A stretch of 64,000 nt of DNA. It comes from an uncultured Oscillospiraceae bacterium. Lineage in GTDB: Bacteria; Bacillota; Clostridia; Oscillospirales; Oscillospiraceae. The stretch covers positions 11,814-75,813 of the forward strand of contig CATABD010000002.1 in the NCBI GenBank assembly GCA_949494735.1. Direction: 5' to 3'. A model generated the notes under the pieces. It was not told where the DNA came from. It did not search any database and was given only the letters and a program-made list of their open reading frames with translations. Of the stretch, positions 1 to 9,867 are shown in pieces (position 1 is the first letter of the stretch; every line of letters starts with the position of its first letter). Both the position numbers and the translations under genes were made by a program.

Positions 1-92
1 AAATAGAACAGGGCGTGGCTGACGAGCAAGACTACTGCCATCAGCGAAAAGACATAGAAAAATGTCTTGGGAAACAGCTTTAATCGCTTCAT
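1..92 (-). CDS. Sensor histidine kinase, N-terminus (runs off window)
   Basis: ATG overlaps the response-regulator stop (ATGA); MKRLKLFPKTFFYVFSLMAVVLLVSHALFY is a basic-then-hydrophobic TM1 start. Confidence 0.75.
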   Translation of the reverse strand, partial: MKRLKLFPKTFFYVFSLMAVVLLVSHALFY

Positions 93-754
93 GGCGATAC
101 CTCAAAACGGTAGCCAACACCCTTTACCGTTGTGATACAGTTCAAGTCCAGCTTTTGGCGTATCCTTCGGATGTAGGTGTCAATCGTCCGGTCATAAAGC
201 GGTGCATCTATTCCCCAAACACCATCGATCAGTTTCTCGCGTGTCATGACACGTCCCGCATTTTCAATCAGGAGTTTAAGCAGTTGTATTTCCTTTGGAG
301 CCAGCTCTATGGGTTCGCCGTCCTTTTCCGCTAAATAGCCGTTAAAGTCCACTGAAATAGTTCCGCATCTCCAAATATCCTTTTCTTCCATTTTCCCGGC
401 GCGGCGCAGCAAGGCAAGAACACGTTTCCCCAGCAGGACGATTGAAAAAGGCTTTGTGATGTAGTCGTCGGCCAAACAGTCGAAGCTGGCAATCTGCGTC
501 CCTTCGTCGCTCAGTGCGGTCAGCATCAGAATAGGAACACTGCTCGTCTTGCGAATTTCTTTCAGGACTTGAATGCCATCTACATTGGGAAGCATAATAT
601 CCAGAATGATCAGTTCTACGGATTCCTGCTGAAAATAGTGCAACGCCTCCAGCCCATCGTAGGCCGAAAATATCGTATGGCCTGCGTCAGTTAAATAGTC
701 ACTGACCAGATCGTTCGTTGTCACATCATCCTCGACAACCATTATTTTTGCCAT
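89..754 (-). CDS. OmpR/PhoB-family response regulator
   Basis: Receiver motifs VVEDD, LDIMLP, KPF; winged-helix end TVKGVGYRF; GGAGGTG RBS before ATG 754. Confidence 0.95.
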   Translation of the reverse strand: MAKIMVVEDDVTTNDLVSDYLTDAGHTIFSAYDGLEALHYFQQESVELIILDIMLPNVDGIQVLKEIRKTSSVPILMLTALSDEGTQIASFDCLADDYITKPFSIVLLGKRVLALLRRAGKMEEKDIWRCGTISVDFNGYLAEKDGEPIELAPKEIQLLKLLIENAGRVMTREKLIDGVWGIDAPLYDRTIDTYIRRIRQKLDLNCITTVKGVGYRFEVSP

Positions 755-1026
755 ATTGCTGACACCTCCAACTACTACTATACCATCTGTGTGTGTCACC
801 AGTGTGAATTACAGCAAAAATAATTGGATGTTTTAGAAAACCCATACCAGCAAAATAAAAGGGGGGAGGGTGTGTAACGATACCCTCTCCCGCAGTGTGC
901 TGCTGGAGGTTGGAAACAGCTTGTCCCATCGAAAATTTTAACAGGTTGTCCTTACACCATCGCCGCCGGAAAAGGCTTGTCCTACCGACAATCCAGTGTT
1001 TTCAAGGCTTTCCGGCCTTGTTGCGC

Positions 1027-1449
1027 TTACGCCATCGCCCCATCTGCCGCCAAATCCTCCGTCAGATCGGCAATGACATCCCCAGTGACCTGCATAGTGG
1101 AAGCGGACCAGGGATAACCAGAGGCAAATTGAGGATAAACCCCAGTGGTGTGATCTACAAAGTAAGTGTCAAATCCGGCTGTTTTAATTTGGTCCTCGCT
1201 GAGATTCCGGGTGAGTTGATGAACTAACGTACCCACCATCTCAAGATGGCCTAATTCTTCGGTACCGATATCCGTGAGCAGGCCCTTTAATTCCGGGTAG
1301 GGCATAGCGTAACGCTGGGACAGATAGCGCAGGGAAGCGCCAAGTTCACCGTCCGGTCCACCATACTGAGAGATAATAACCGATGCCAGCTTGGGATTGC
1401 AGTTTTTGATGCGCACAGGGTATTGCAGCTTTTTCTCATAGACAAACAT
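1027..1449 (-). pseudogene. cotJC: Manganese-catalase-family spore coat protein CotJC, 5' portion only (interrupted)
   Basis: MFVYEKKLQYPV, QYGGPDGELGA, DIGTEELGHLE; ends DLAADGAMA* instead of the family's AEQKAR...REIVH C-terminal third. Confidence 0.85.
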
Positions 1450-1451
1450 GG

Positions 1452-1925
1452 TCAATCCCCCTTTTTGAATTCCCAGGGCCAGGGATCATCTAGCCAACGG
1501 TAGGCTTCATCCTGTCCGGCGGCAAGCTGGGTCAGAGGGCCATGCATTTCTTCATACCGCTGCTTGGCCTCCCGGGCCATGGTGGTATACTGCTTGAAGA
1601 GCTGGAATGCCTCAACATCGTCCCGATGGGTATCCAGATACAATCCCAGTTCAGTGACTACAAACAACAGCGCCTGAAGTTGGGTAGAATGATTGTCCGG
1701 CAGCCCGGCAGCATCCGCTTTCATGTGGAAGGGCAGATTCAAGCCGGGAAACACGGTTCCATTGGCAAGGGCGTCGGCTTGGTTATATTTCTGGCTGCCC
1801 CGCTGCTGGAAAGGCACATATGGTACCGCCAGAGGCGCACAAGCGGGCATGGTGCCGCAAGCATCCGCGCAGGGGCGGGAATTGGTTCCAGTATCAGGAT
1901 TCAAGAGAATTTCTCCTTTGCTCAA
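1452..1925 (-). CDS. cotJB: CotJA-CotJB fusion spore coat protein
   Basis: N-part PLAVPYVPFQ...GTVFPGLNLPF (CotJA-like); C-part ELGLYLDTH...WLDDPWPWE (CotJB); directly upstream of cotJC. Confidence 0.85.
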   Translation of the reverse strand: MSKGEILLNPDTGTNSRPCADACGTMPACAPLAVPYVPFQQRGSQKYNQADALANGTVFPGLNLPFHMKADAAGLPDNHSTQLQALLFVVTELGLYLDTHRDDVEAFQLFKQYTTMAREAKQRYEEMHGPLTQLAAGQDEAYRWLDDPWPWEFKKGD

Positions 1926-2071
1926 AGTCTGACAGCTAAGCCGTCAATCCAGCTTATGCGCTCGGGGCCCCAAGTGTCACAGGAAATGTCGAAAAGATAA
2001 ATTTATGTTGAAATCTATAGATAGGCATGGTATAATAAATTAATCTTTTTAAATTGGAGGGAAGATACCCA

Positions 2072-2215
2072 ATGACTCACATCCAGACTCTGAACGGCGC
2101 AACCCTGAAGCAGAGCGCGGCCCATGGCGGCTGCGGCGAGTGCCAGACGTCTTGCCAATCCGCCTGCAAGACCTCCTGCACTGTGGCCAACCAAAAGTGC
2201 GAAAATAACAAGTAA
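2072..2215 (+). CDS. scfA: SCIFF six-cysteine ranthipeptide precursor, 47 aa (not in ORF track)
   Basis: MTHIQTLNGATLKQSAAHGGCGECQTSCQSACKTSCTVANQKCENNK; GGAGG RBS; upstream of radical SAM maturase. Confidence 0.97.
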   Translation: MTHIQTLNGATLKQSAAHGGCGECQTSCQSACKTSCTVANQKCENNK

Positions 2216-2231
2216 TTTATCAAAGCGCCGA

Positions 2232-2258
2232 AAGGGTGGGCTAGTCCCACCCTTTTTC
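2232..2258 (+). terminator. Hairpin with T-tail between scfA and scfB
   Basis: AAGGGTGGG-CTAGT-CCCACCCTT followed by TTTT. Confidence 0.6.
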
Positions 2259-2274
2259 TGCGTGTCGAAGGAGG

Positions 2275-3651
2275 GTGACAAAAATGGTCCATACATTCAT
2301 TTGCCTGGGTGTACCTGTGGCAGTGGACGTAAACAGCGGCGCCGTCCATGTGCTGGACAAAACCGCTTACGATGTTCTGTCTCTGCTCAGCGCCCCTATG
2401 CCGGATGTTTGTCCCAAGGAACTTTACGAAAAGCTGACCCAATATGATCCCACTATGGTGGACGAAACATGGCAAGAATTATTGGAACTCCAGAAAAAAG
2501 GGTTGCTGTTTACCGATGACAGCTACATTGATTCTGGCGCCGCAACCGCAATGCAGCAGGACGCCCCTATTAAAGCCCTATGCCTCCATGTGTCTCATGA
2601 CTGTAACCTGCGCTGCCAATACTGCTTTGCTTCCACTGGAGACTTTGGCACAGGCCGCCGCATGACGATGGACATAGAGACCGCGAAAAAAGCTATCGAC
2701 TTTGTGATTAAGAGATCTGGAAACCGCCGGAATATTGAGGTAGATTTCTTTGGCGGCGAACCGCTGATGGCAATGGATACGGTAAAAGCCACCGTGGACT
2801 ATGCCAGATCCCTGGAGAAGTCACATGACAAAAACTTCCGTTTCACCATCACAACCAACGGCGTACTGCTCAGTGACGATAACATTGAATACATCAACCG
2901 GGAGATGTCCAATGCAGTGCTCTCCTTAGACGGACGCCCTGAGATTAACGACCGCATGCGTAAAACGGTGAATGGCAGAGGGAGCTATGAAGTGATCCTG
3001 CCCAAGTTTCAGAAACTGGTGCAGGGCAGGGGAGAGAAGGACTACTATCTCCGGGGCACCTTTACCCGGCATAATCCGGACTTTGCTGCTGATGTGCTCC
3101 ACATTGCCGACCAGGGCTTCCGCCATGTGTCGGTAGAACCGGTAGTTGGCCGTGCGGACTGCGACTATACCTTCCGGGAGGAAGATCTGCCCGGCATTCT
3201 GGAGGAATACGAGCGGCTGGCGGCAGAGCTTTTGAAACGGGAGGATGTGAACTTTTTCCACTTCAACGTAGATCTCGCCCAGGGACCATGTGTCATCAAG
3301 CGGATGAGGGGATGTGGAGCGGGGTGCGAATATGTGGCTATCACGCCGGATGGAGATATCTACCCTTGCCATCAATTCGTGGGCAATGAAGACTACAAAC
3401 TTGGCAATGTTTACAATAATACCTTTAATATGGAGTTGTCCCGGGAATTTGCGGGGCTGAACATTTACACTAGGCCTGACTGTAAGGATTGCTGGGCCCG
3501 GTTTTATTGCAGCGGAGGATGTTCCGCATCTAACCTGCTTGTCAATGGCGACATAAAAAAGCCGAATCGTTTCGGGTGCGACATGCAGCGCAAGCGTCTG
3601 GAATGCGCCATCGCTATGAAAGCGATCCGAGCCGGAATAGCAGGGGAGTGA
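2275..3651 (+). CDS. scfB: SCIFF radical SAM/SPASM maturase
   Basis: CNLRCQYC motif, FFGGEP, SPASM cysteines (CGAG, YPCHQF, CKDCWARFYCSGGC). Confidence 0.95.
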   Translation: MTKMVHTFICLGVPVAVDVNSGAVHVLDKTAYDVLSLLSAPMPDVCPKELYEKLTQYDPTMVDETWQELLELQKKGLLFTDDSYIDSGAATAMQQDAPIKALCLHVSHDCNLRCQYCFASTGDFGTGRRMTMDIETAKKAIDFVIKRSGNRRNIEVDFFGGEPLMAMDTVKATVDYARSLEKSHDKNFRFTITTNGVLLSDDNIEYINREMSNAVLSLDGRPEINDRMRKTVNGRGSYEVILPKFQKLVQGRGEKDYYLRGTFTRHNPDFAADVLHIADQGFRHVSVEPVVGRADCDYTFREEDLPGILEEYERLAAELLKREDVNFFHFNVDLAQGPCVIKRMRGCGAGCEYVAITPDGDIYPCHQFVGNEDYKLGNVYNNTFNMELSREFAGLNIYTRPDCKDCWARFYCSGGCSASNLLVNGDIKKPNRFGCDMQRKRLECAIAMKAIRAGIAGE

Positions 3652-3685
3652 ACCCCGGCCATAAAAACTAGGAAAAGTCAGCAAG

Positions 3686-3726
3686 CATCCCTGAATCTCA
3701 ACATTTTGAGGTTCAGGGATGTTTTG
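3686..3726 (+). terminator. Intrinsic terminator after scfB
   Basis: CATCCCTGAATCTCAA...TTGAGGTTCAGGGATG then TTTTT. Confidence 0.75.
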
Positions 3727-3979
3727 TTACAATATCCTGTGCTGTTCCTGGTTCTGTTCCAATAGTTTACATAATATTATTTACATAAAAAATAAACATA
3801 AAAAATTTTTGAGAAAATTTGGCCAATTTCTCTTGCCTTTCCAGAAAAAGAGGTCTATATTATAGAAGCACCGTCTTGCTGTGCTTCCGTGAGGCTTGCA
3901 TCCGCCGGCGCGGGAAGAGCGCACTTCTCCGGCGATTACAATTCGTATTCAAGCAAACGTTGGTTGACAAAACGTGGCT

Positions 3980-4008
3980 GCATACCCTGCCGCTTCTCCG
4001 CATAATAT
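3980..4008 (+). promoter_or_regulatory. SigE-type promoter of spoIIM
   Basis: GCATA-N16-CATAATAT upstream of spoIIM. Confidence 0.55.
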
Positions 4009-4054
4009 AGTTTTGGCAGTATAGCTATATTTGGAAAATCTGGGGTGATGAAGG

Positions 4055-4669
4055 GTGACAGTCCGCAAAATGGGAAGCCGGATCAAGGCCGCCCCGGCCT
4101 GGGACAGTCTGACCCGATTGGCAGTTCTGGGCATCTGTTTTGCGGCGGGTACGTTGGGCGGTTTCCTCTTTTCAGGCTGGAGTGGAGATAACCCTGAACT
4201 TCTCGACTACCTGACCCACTATTTTCAAATGGCAGGCCAGGGAAACGGAGTTGAACCCGCCCTGCTGTCTTCTATCTGGGACTTGATGCGTTGGCCGCTG
4301 GTAGCGTTTCTTTTGGGCGCCTCCCCTTTGGGAGTAGTAGGAATCCCCGCCTTATTGACAGCCCGGGGCTTTTTGCTCTCTTATTCCGCTGCCATCTTTG
4401 CCCGGTTGTTCGGTTTTCCCGGCGTGGCGGTATCTCTGGCTGTATTTAGCGTGACGGCCTTGGTGGCCGTGCCGGTGCTGTTTGTGGTGTCGGCTGATGC
4501 GTTCTGCCAGTCGATGGGGCGGTTGTCTGGCCAACGGCCCACGTCCTGGGGACAAAGGACCCAGGCGTTGTCCCCCTGTGCGGGATTGCTGGTGCTTGCT
4601 GTGGCGCTCCAGCAGACACTGATGCCCGCATTGTTCACTGCGGTTTGTACCCGGTTCTTTATTACATGA
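4055..4669 (+). CDS. spoIIM: Stage II sporulation protein M
   Basis: Multi-TM protein with RGFLLSYS motif; spoIIM-xerD synteny typical of spore formers. Confidence 0.75.
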   Translation: MTVRKMGSRIKAAPAWDSLTRLAVLGICFAAGTLGGFLFSGWSGDNPELLDYLTHYFQMAGQGNGVEPALLSSIWDLMRWPLVAFLLGASPLGVVGIPALLTARGFLLSYSAAIFARLFGFPGVAVSLAVFSVTALVAVPVLFVVSADAFCQSMGRLSGQRPTSWGQRTQALSPCAGLLVLAVALQQTLMPALFTAVCTRFFIT

Positions 4670-4686
4670 GAGAGGAGTGGAGCGCA

Positions 4687-5565
4687 TTGGATTACCTCGC
4701 TGATTACGAGACGTGGCTGGCCCAAGAAAAGCGGGCCTCCGTCAATACGCTCAGCTCTTATCTTCGTGATGTGCGCCAATTTGCCGGCTGGGCGGAACAG
4801 GAACACCTATCCCTCATTCAGGTAAGCCAGGAGGATGTGCGGCTCTATGCCCAGTGCCTGGAGAAAAGGGGAAAGTCCAACGCCACTGTGGTAAGATCCG
4901 TTGCAGCGCTGAAATCGTTTTATACATATCTTATCTCTATCCGGGAAATACAGGTAAATCCGGCCAAGGGATTTACCCCCAGCCGGGTGGAGCGCAAGCT
5001 GCCTGCCATTCTCTCCAACCACGAAGTAGACCTGTTTTTGGATCAGCCCGATCCCTCCGATTCCAAGGGTTGCCGGGACAAAGCCATGCTGGAGCTGTTG
5101 TACGCTACCGGCATCCGGGTGTCTGAGCTCATTTCCCTGGATGTGCAGGATCTGAACCTATCCGCCAGCTTTCTTCGCTGCCGGGGTCGCAGCAAGGAAC
5201 GGATAGTGCCCCTTTACAAGGGTGCGGTGCGGGCCATGGCGGCTTATATCAGTGATGTGCGCCCCCAGCTGCTGGAAAACCCTGGGGAAACCGCTCTTTT
5301 CGTTAATATGAATGGGGAACGTATGAGCCGCCAGGGCTTTTGGAAAATTGTCAAATGCTATCAGGATAAGGCAGGCATTCACAAGGACATTACCCCGCAC
5401 ACCCTGCGGCATTCCTTTGCCGCCCACCTGCTGGAAAACGGTGCGGATCTGAAATCCATTCAGGAAATGCTGGGCCACGCAGATATCTCCGCCACCCAAA
5501 TCTATACCCAAGTGGTCAATCAGAAGCTCCGGGACGTATATTCTATGGCCCACCCCCGGGCCTGA
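4687..5565 (+). CDS. xerD: Tyrosine recombinase XerD/RipX
   Basis: ELLYATGIRVSEL, HTLRHSFAAHLLENGADL, LGHADISATQIYT; TTG start after GAGGAG. Confidence 0.9.
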   Translation: MDYLADYETWLAQEKRASVNTLSSYLRDVRQFAGWAEQEHLSLIQVSQEDVRLYAQCLEKRGKSNATVVRSVAALKSFYTYLISIREIQVNPAKGFTPSRVERKLPAILSNHEVDLFLDQPDPSDSKGCRDKAMLELLYATGIRVSELISLDVQDLNLSASFLRCRGRSKERIVPLYKGAVRAMAAYISDVRPQLLENPGETALFVNMNGERMSRQGFWKIVKCYQDKAGIHKDITPHTLRHSFAAHLLENGADLKSIQEMLGHADISATQIYTQVVNQKLRDVYSMAHPRA

Positions 5566-5580
5566 CCGATAAATCCCTGC

Positions 5581-5609
5581 GGCGGATGATGTTATCATCC
5601 GCCGTTTTT
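5581..5609 (+). terminator. Intrinsic terminator after xerD
   Basis: GGCGGATGAT-GTT-ATCATCCGCC then GTTTTT. Confidence 0.75.
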
Positions 5610-5649
5610 GCTTGTCTTTGACGGCAAACTGTGATATTATGTCTGAGAT

Positions 5650-6165
5650 ATGAAGAACTGGGAGGACGTGCCGTTGCTGACCCTTGGAATAGACCCCGGG
5701 TATGCTATTGTAGGCTTCGGCCTGGTGGAGTCTGCGCTGGGAAAATACCGTCTGACTGCTTGTGGCGCCATTAATACCCCGGCGGGGGTACGCCTGCCTG
5801 CCCGGCTGTGGCGGATTGCCACCGATCTGGAGGAGCTTATCGGTCAATTCCACCCGGATGTGATGGCAATTGAGGAACTCTTTTTCAACCACAATGTCAC
5901 CACGGGCATCGGCGTAGCCCAGGCCAGGGGGGTTATCCTCATGACCGCAGAAAAGCTGGGCCTGCCTGTCTGTGAGTACAACCCCTCCCAAGTGAAGCAG
6001 GCCGTGGTAGGCTACGGCAAGGCAGAGAAACGGCAGGTGATGGACATGACCAAGCGGCTGCTGAATTTGGGCGCTGTCCCCAAGCCGGACGACGCGGCCG
6101 ACGCGGTGGCCATTGCCCTTTGCCACGCCCGCTCATCCACCTCACTGCTAAAGTCCTTACATTAA
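5650..6165 (+). CDS. ruvC: Holliday junction resolvase RuvC (true start may be 5668 or 5674)
   Basis: LGIDPG, IEELFFNHN, PDDAADAVAIALCH. Confidence 0.95.
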   Translation: MKNWEDVPLLTLGIDPGYAIVGFGLVESALGKYRLTACGAINTPAGVRLPARLWRIATDLEELIGQFHPDVMAIEELFFNHNVTTGIGVAQARGVILMTAEKLGLPVCEYNPSQVKQAVVGYGKAEKRQVMDMTKRLLNLGAVPKPDDAADAVAIALCHARSSTSLLKSLH

Positions 6166-6181
6166 ATTTGGAGAGATTGCC

Positions 6182-6787
6182 GTGTTTTACTATCTGAACG
6201 GAACCGTGGCCCACATTGAGCCTTATCTGGCCGTCATCGACTGCGGGGGGGTTGGCTATTCCTGCCGTACTACCAGCCATACCATAAGTAAACTTAATAT
6301 GGGGAAGGCGGCAAAGCTTTACACCCACCTATACGTCCGCGAGGATATTTTTGAGCTGTACGGTTTTTCCAGTGAGAGCGAATTGGGCTGTTTTCGGATG
6401 CTCATCGGCGTATCTGGGGTAGGACCCAAGGCAGCGCTGGCCATCCTGTCGTCCAACAGCCCGGAGGGGCTGGCTATGGCCATTGTATCCGGCAACGAAA
6501 AGGCGCTGACCTCCGCTCCGGGCATTGGCAAAAAAATTGCACAGCGCATTATCCTGGAGTTGAAAGATAAGCTGGCCAAGGGCCAGCTTACCACAGGCGG
6601 AGGAGAACCTTTTGCAGGCGGCGTGACCATCATTCCTGAGAATAAGACCAGCGAGGCGTCTGCCGCCCTGGCTGTGCTCGGTTATAGTCAGAGCGAAATC
6701 GCTGCGGCGCTGAAGGGAATTGATTTAGAGGCGCTGTCCTTGGAAACTGTCATTAAACAGGCGCTGAAAAAAATGGTAAGGCCTTGA
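6182..6787 (+). CDS. ruvA: Holliday junction branch migration protein RuvA
   Basis: GVGY, VRED, LYGF, VSGVGPK, PGIGKKIAQRI. Confidence 0.95.
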   Translation: MFYYLNGTVAHIEPYLAVIDCGGVGYSCRTTSHTISKLNMGKAAKLYTHLYVREDIFELYGFSSESELGCFRMLIGVSGVGPKAALAILSSNSPEGLAMAIVSGNEKALTSAPGIGKKIAQRIILELKDKLAKGQLTTGGGEPFAGGVTIIPENKTSEASAALAVLGYSQSEIAAALKGIDLEALSLETVIKQALKKMVRP

Positions 6788-7296
6788 AAACGCTTATATT
6801 TATTAATGGCCCCATGGGCGTAGGAAAAACCGCCACATGCGAAGCTTTGCTGGAAAGGCTGACGCCGGGCGTATACCTGGACGGGGATTGGTGCTGGAAT
6901 ATGAACCCCTTTCGGGTAACGGACGAAACCCGTGCCATGGTGCTGGACAATATCACTGCTCTACTCTCCCGGTTTTTGGCCTGCCCTGAGTTGGATTATG
7001 TGATCTTCAGTTGGGTCATGCACCAACCTGAAATTTCCTGTAGCATTTTAAATCGCCTGGAACTGCATGGTGTAAAGGTATTACAGTATACCCTGCTATG
7101 TTCGAAGCAAACCCTTTGCCAACGCATTGAACAGGATATTCAGGCAGGTGTGCGTCATTCGGATGCGCTGAAACGGAGCCTAGCCTATCTATCCTGTTAT
7201 GACAGTCAAAATACGGTTAAGCTGATGACAGACGGGTGTTCCCCTCAGGAAACCGCGGAATGGATTGTGGTGCATGAAAAGAAAAATAAATGTTGA
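6784..7296 (+). CDS. AAA/nucleotide-kinase-like P-loop protein between ruvA and ruvB
   Basis: Walker A GPMGVGKT; LDGDWCW motif. Confidence 0.8.
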   Translation: MKTLIFINGPMGVGKTATCEALLERLTPGVYLDGDWCWNMNPFRVTDETRAMVLDNITALLSRFLACPELDYVIFSWVMHQPEISCSILNRLELHGVKVLQYTLLCSKQTLCQRIEQDIQAGVRHSDALKRSLAYLSCYDSQNTVKLMTDGCSPQETAEWIVVHEKKNKC

Positions 7297-7430
7297 TGTG
7301 CGGCGCGCACCCCAGCCGCGCACTTGACAGTATAACTTTGAATGCGGGCGGTCTGGTGTTGCTTTTTGTTGCTGTCATTGTCTGCGATATCCACATGAAT
7401 ACCTCCAAAAAAACAAGAGGAAGTGAAGCC

Positions 7431-8492
7431 TTGAGCATTGATTTTTCCGACAACGGCGGCTTTGAGACGGAAGCCCCTCTGGTGGCCACCTCGCTGACCC
7501 ACGATGACGAGGGGGAGGGGTCTCTGCGCCCTAAAGCCCTAACTGAATACATTGGGCAGGAAAAGGCCAAAGGAAACCTGTCCATTTTCATCCAGGCCGC
7601 CAAAATGCGGGGAGAACCTCTGGATCATGTGCTGCTTCACGGCCCCCCCGGTCTGGGCAAGACCACCTTGTCCGGCATCATTGCCAACGAGATGGGGGTC
7701 AATATCCGCATCACTTCCGGCCCAGCCATTGAAAAGCCCGGCGATCTGGCCGCACTGCTCACCAACCTTCAAGAAAACGATATTTTGTTTGTAGATGAAA
7801 TCCACCGGCTGAACCGCTCTGTAGAGGAAATTTTGTACCCCGCTATGGAGGACTACGCCATAGACATCATCATTGGCAAGGGGCCTTCCGCCAACTCTAT
7901 CCGGCTGGATTTACCCAAGTTTACCCTGATTGGGGCCACTACCCGGGCGGGACAGCTTTCCGCTCCCCTGCGGGATCGCTTCGGTGTCACCCTGCGCTTG
8001 GAATTATACACTCCAGAGGAGCTGGCCCTTATCGTTACCCGCTCCGCTGGAATTTTGGAGGTGCCCATCGAAGAAAAAGGAGCGCTGGAAATTGCGCGGC
8101 GCAGCCGGGGGACTCCCCGCATTGCCAATCGGATGCTCCGCCGGGTGCGGGACTTTGCCCAAGTTACCGCCGGGGGAGTGGTAACCCGTTCTGTGGCGGA
8201 TCGCGCCCTTCAGGCTTTGGAAATTGATGAGCTTGGCTTGGACAATGTGGACCGGCGGATGATGGAAAGCATCATTGTGAACTATGGAGGGGGGCCAGTG
8301 GGGCTAGACACCTTGGCCGCCACTATCAATGAGGAATCGGTTACCTTAGAAGATGTTTACGAGCCTTATTTGATGCAACTAGGATTTCTTACCCGTACAC
8401 CCCGGGGGCGGTGTGTTACCCAAAAAGCGTACCAGCACCTGGGTTTGGCCACACCAGGCAGGTCTGAGCCTCTGGAACAGCTGTCCTTTTGA
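7431..8492 (+). CDS. ruvB: Holliday junction helicase RuvB
   Basis: [23 protein letters not shown]; TTG start at 7431 after GAGG. Confidence 0.95.
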   Translation: MSIDFSDNGGFETEAPLVATSLTHDDEGEGSLRPKALTEYIGQEKAKGNLSIFIQAAKMRGEPLDHVLLHGPPGLGKTTLSGIIANEMGVNIRITSGPAIEKPGDLAALLTNLQENDILFVDEIHRLNRSVEEILYPAMEDYAIDIIIGKGPSANSIRLDLPKFTLIGATTRAGQLSAPLRDRFGVTLRLELYTPEELALIVTRSAGILEVPIEEKGALEIARRSRGTPRIANRMLRRVRDFAQVTAGGVVTRSVADRALQALEIDELGLDNVDRRMMESIIVNYGGGPVGLDTLAATINEESVTLEDVYEPYLMQLGFLTRTPRGRCVTQKAYQHLGLATPGRSEPLEQLSF

Positions 8493-8639
8493 CCTTCTTT
8501 GTACGCAATAACATGGAAAGCTCATCCAAAAATGTAAATAATTATGACGTCGCGGATGATTTTAGAAGATTTCCTAAAAAAATCACCAAAAACAATTGAC
8601 AATTCGGCAGTTCTGTGCTTAAATAAACAAGGTTGAACT

Positions 8640-9233
8640 ATGAGTAAAACTACTTCTCAAATTAATAAGTATAGTGATGAAGTGCTCTGTGCTCTGGCTG
8701 CCGGAGGTTGCCGGGATGCGGAGGAGGAGCTTGTCAAGCGGTATTTTCGTCAGGTGCGTATTTGTGCCCGGCCTTATTTTCTAGCTGGTGGAGACAGTGA
8801 GGATCTGATCCAGGAAGCCATGTTCGGGTTACTGAAGGCTATTCGGGAATTTGAGCCAAGCCGCGATGTTCAGTTTGGAACCTTTGCGGAGGTTTGCATC
8901 CGCAATCAGATTCGTTCGGCAGTGACCAGTGCCGCGCGAAGCAAGCATGCCCCGCTGAATGACAGCGTTCCGTTTGAAGCCCCTATGGTACTGAGATCTG
9001 AGATAAGCCCCGAAGAGCTGTACATCAGTAGGGAAGAGGAAAATGAGCGTTTGGCCCGTTTGGGGCGGCAGTTGTCTGTGCTGGAGCGTGAGGTTTTAAC
9101 GTGTTTTCTGCGTGGATTGTCCTATCAGGAGATTAGCGGACAGGTGGGGCGTCCTGTTAAATCTGTGGACAACGCAGTCCAGCGCATCCGGCGAAAGGTT
9201 GCCGGGAATTTTGGCGTTTTCAGCGAAAGCTGA
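8640..9233 (+). CDS. sigH: SigH-like RNA polymerase sigma factor
   Basis: ARPYFLAGGDSEDLIQE, KHAPLN, KSVDNAVQRIRRK. Confidence 0.85.
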   Translation: MSKTTSQINKYSDEVLCALAAGGCRDAEEELVKRYFRQVRICARPYFLAGGDSEDLIQEAMFGLLKAIREFEPSRDVQFGTFAEVCIRNQIRSAVTSAARSKHAPLNDSVPFEAPMVLRSEISPEELYISREEENERLARLGRQLSVLEREVLTCFLRGLSYQEISGQVGRPVKSVDNAVQRIRRKVAGNFGVFSES

Positions 9234-9298
9234 CGCAAATATTACAGTCCCAGCAGGTTGTATTTCCGATTCTGGGCATCAAAGAGAGGGTATTTCCA

Positions 9299-9577
9299 AT
9301 GTACGAAGACAAGACCTTAGTTTGCAAAGAGTGTGGCCAGGAGTTCGTGTTCACTGCCGGTGAGCAGGAGTTCTACGCTGAGCGTGGCTTCCAGAATGAG
9401 CCCCAGCGTTGCAAGGCCTGCCGCGATGCCCGCAAGGCCGCTGCCCGTGGTCCCCGCGAGTATTTCACCGCTGTCTGTGCCGCTTGCGGCGGCGAGGCCA
9501 AGGTTCCCTTTGAGCCGAAGTCTGATCGTCCGGTCTACTGCAGCGAGTGCTTTGCCAAGATGCGCGGCGAGGGCTAA
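9299..9577 (+). CDS. Small double zinc-ribbon (CxxC-x17-CxxC) protein
   Basis: CKEC, CKAC, CAAC, CSEC; FTAGEQEFY motif. Confidence 0.9.
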   Translation: MYEDKTLVCKECGQEFVFTAGEQEFYAERGFQNEPQRCKACRDARKAAARGPREYFTAVCAACGGEAKVPFEPKSDRPVYCSECFAKMRGEG

Positions 9578-9592
9578 TGTAGATAATCCAAC

Positions 9593-9624
9593 AAAAAGGG
9601 TCGCGCTTAGCGCGGCCCTTTTTT
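9593..9624 (+). terminator. Intrinsic terminator
   Basis: AAAAAGGGTCGCGC-TTA-GCGCGGCCCTTTTTT. Confidence 0.8.
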
Positions 9625-9867
9625 CTAGGCGCGGTTTGAAAATTGGGAATTACCCAGTGGTGAGAGAATTTTTTTACCGGACAAACAAGGTGGATTGAAG
9701 CAATAATACTTTATATAATTTAAGTCAGATTAATGCTGTAGGTTGATAAGTTTTAAATAAGCCCAACTCTGGGAGTGATAAATTTGAGGTTACAACTTGT
9801 CCGGGAACGGTTGGTGTGATATAATACTTTAAATCTGAAATCCATGAACTTGAGGTGATACATTGAT

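Larger units (their letters stand above)
1..1044. mobile_element. End of an element integrated in cotJC (putative att junction near 1043)
   Basis: CotJC similarity stops at DLAA; imperfect 20-bp direct repeats at 945-964 and 1020-1039; no recombinase visible in the window. Confidence 0.6.

Noticed and set aside
2072-3651. SCIFF/radical SAM pair as a novel RiPP
   Set aside because: Well-known system that is widespread in Clostridia.
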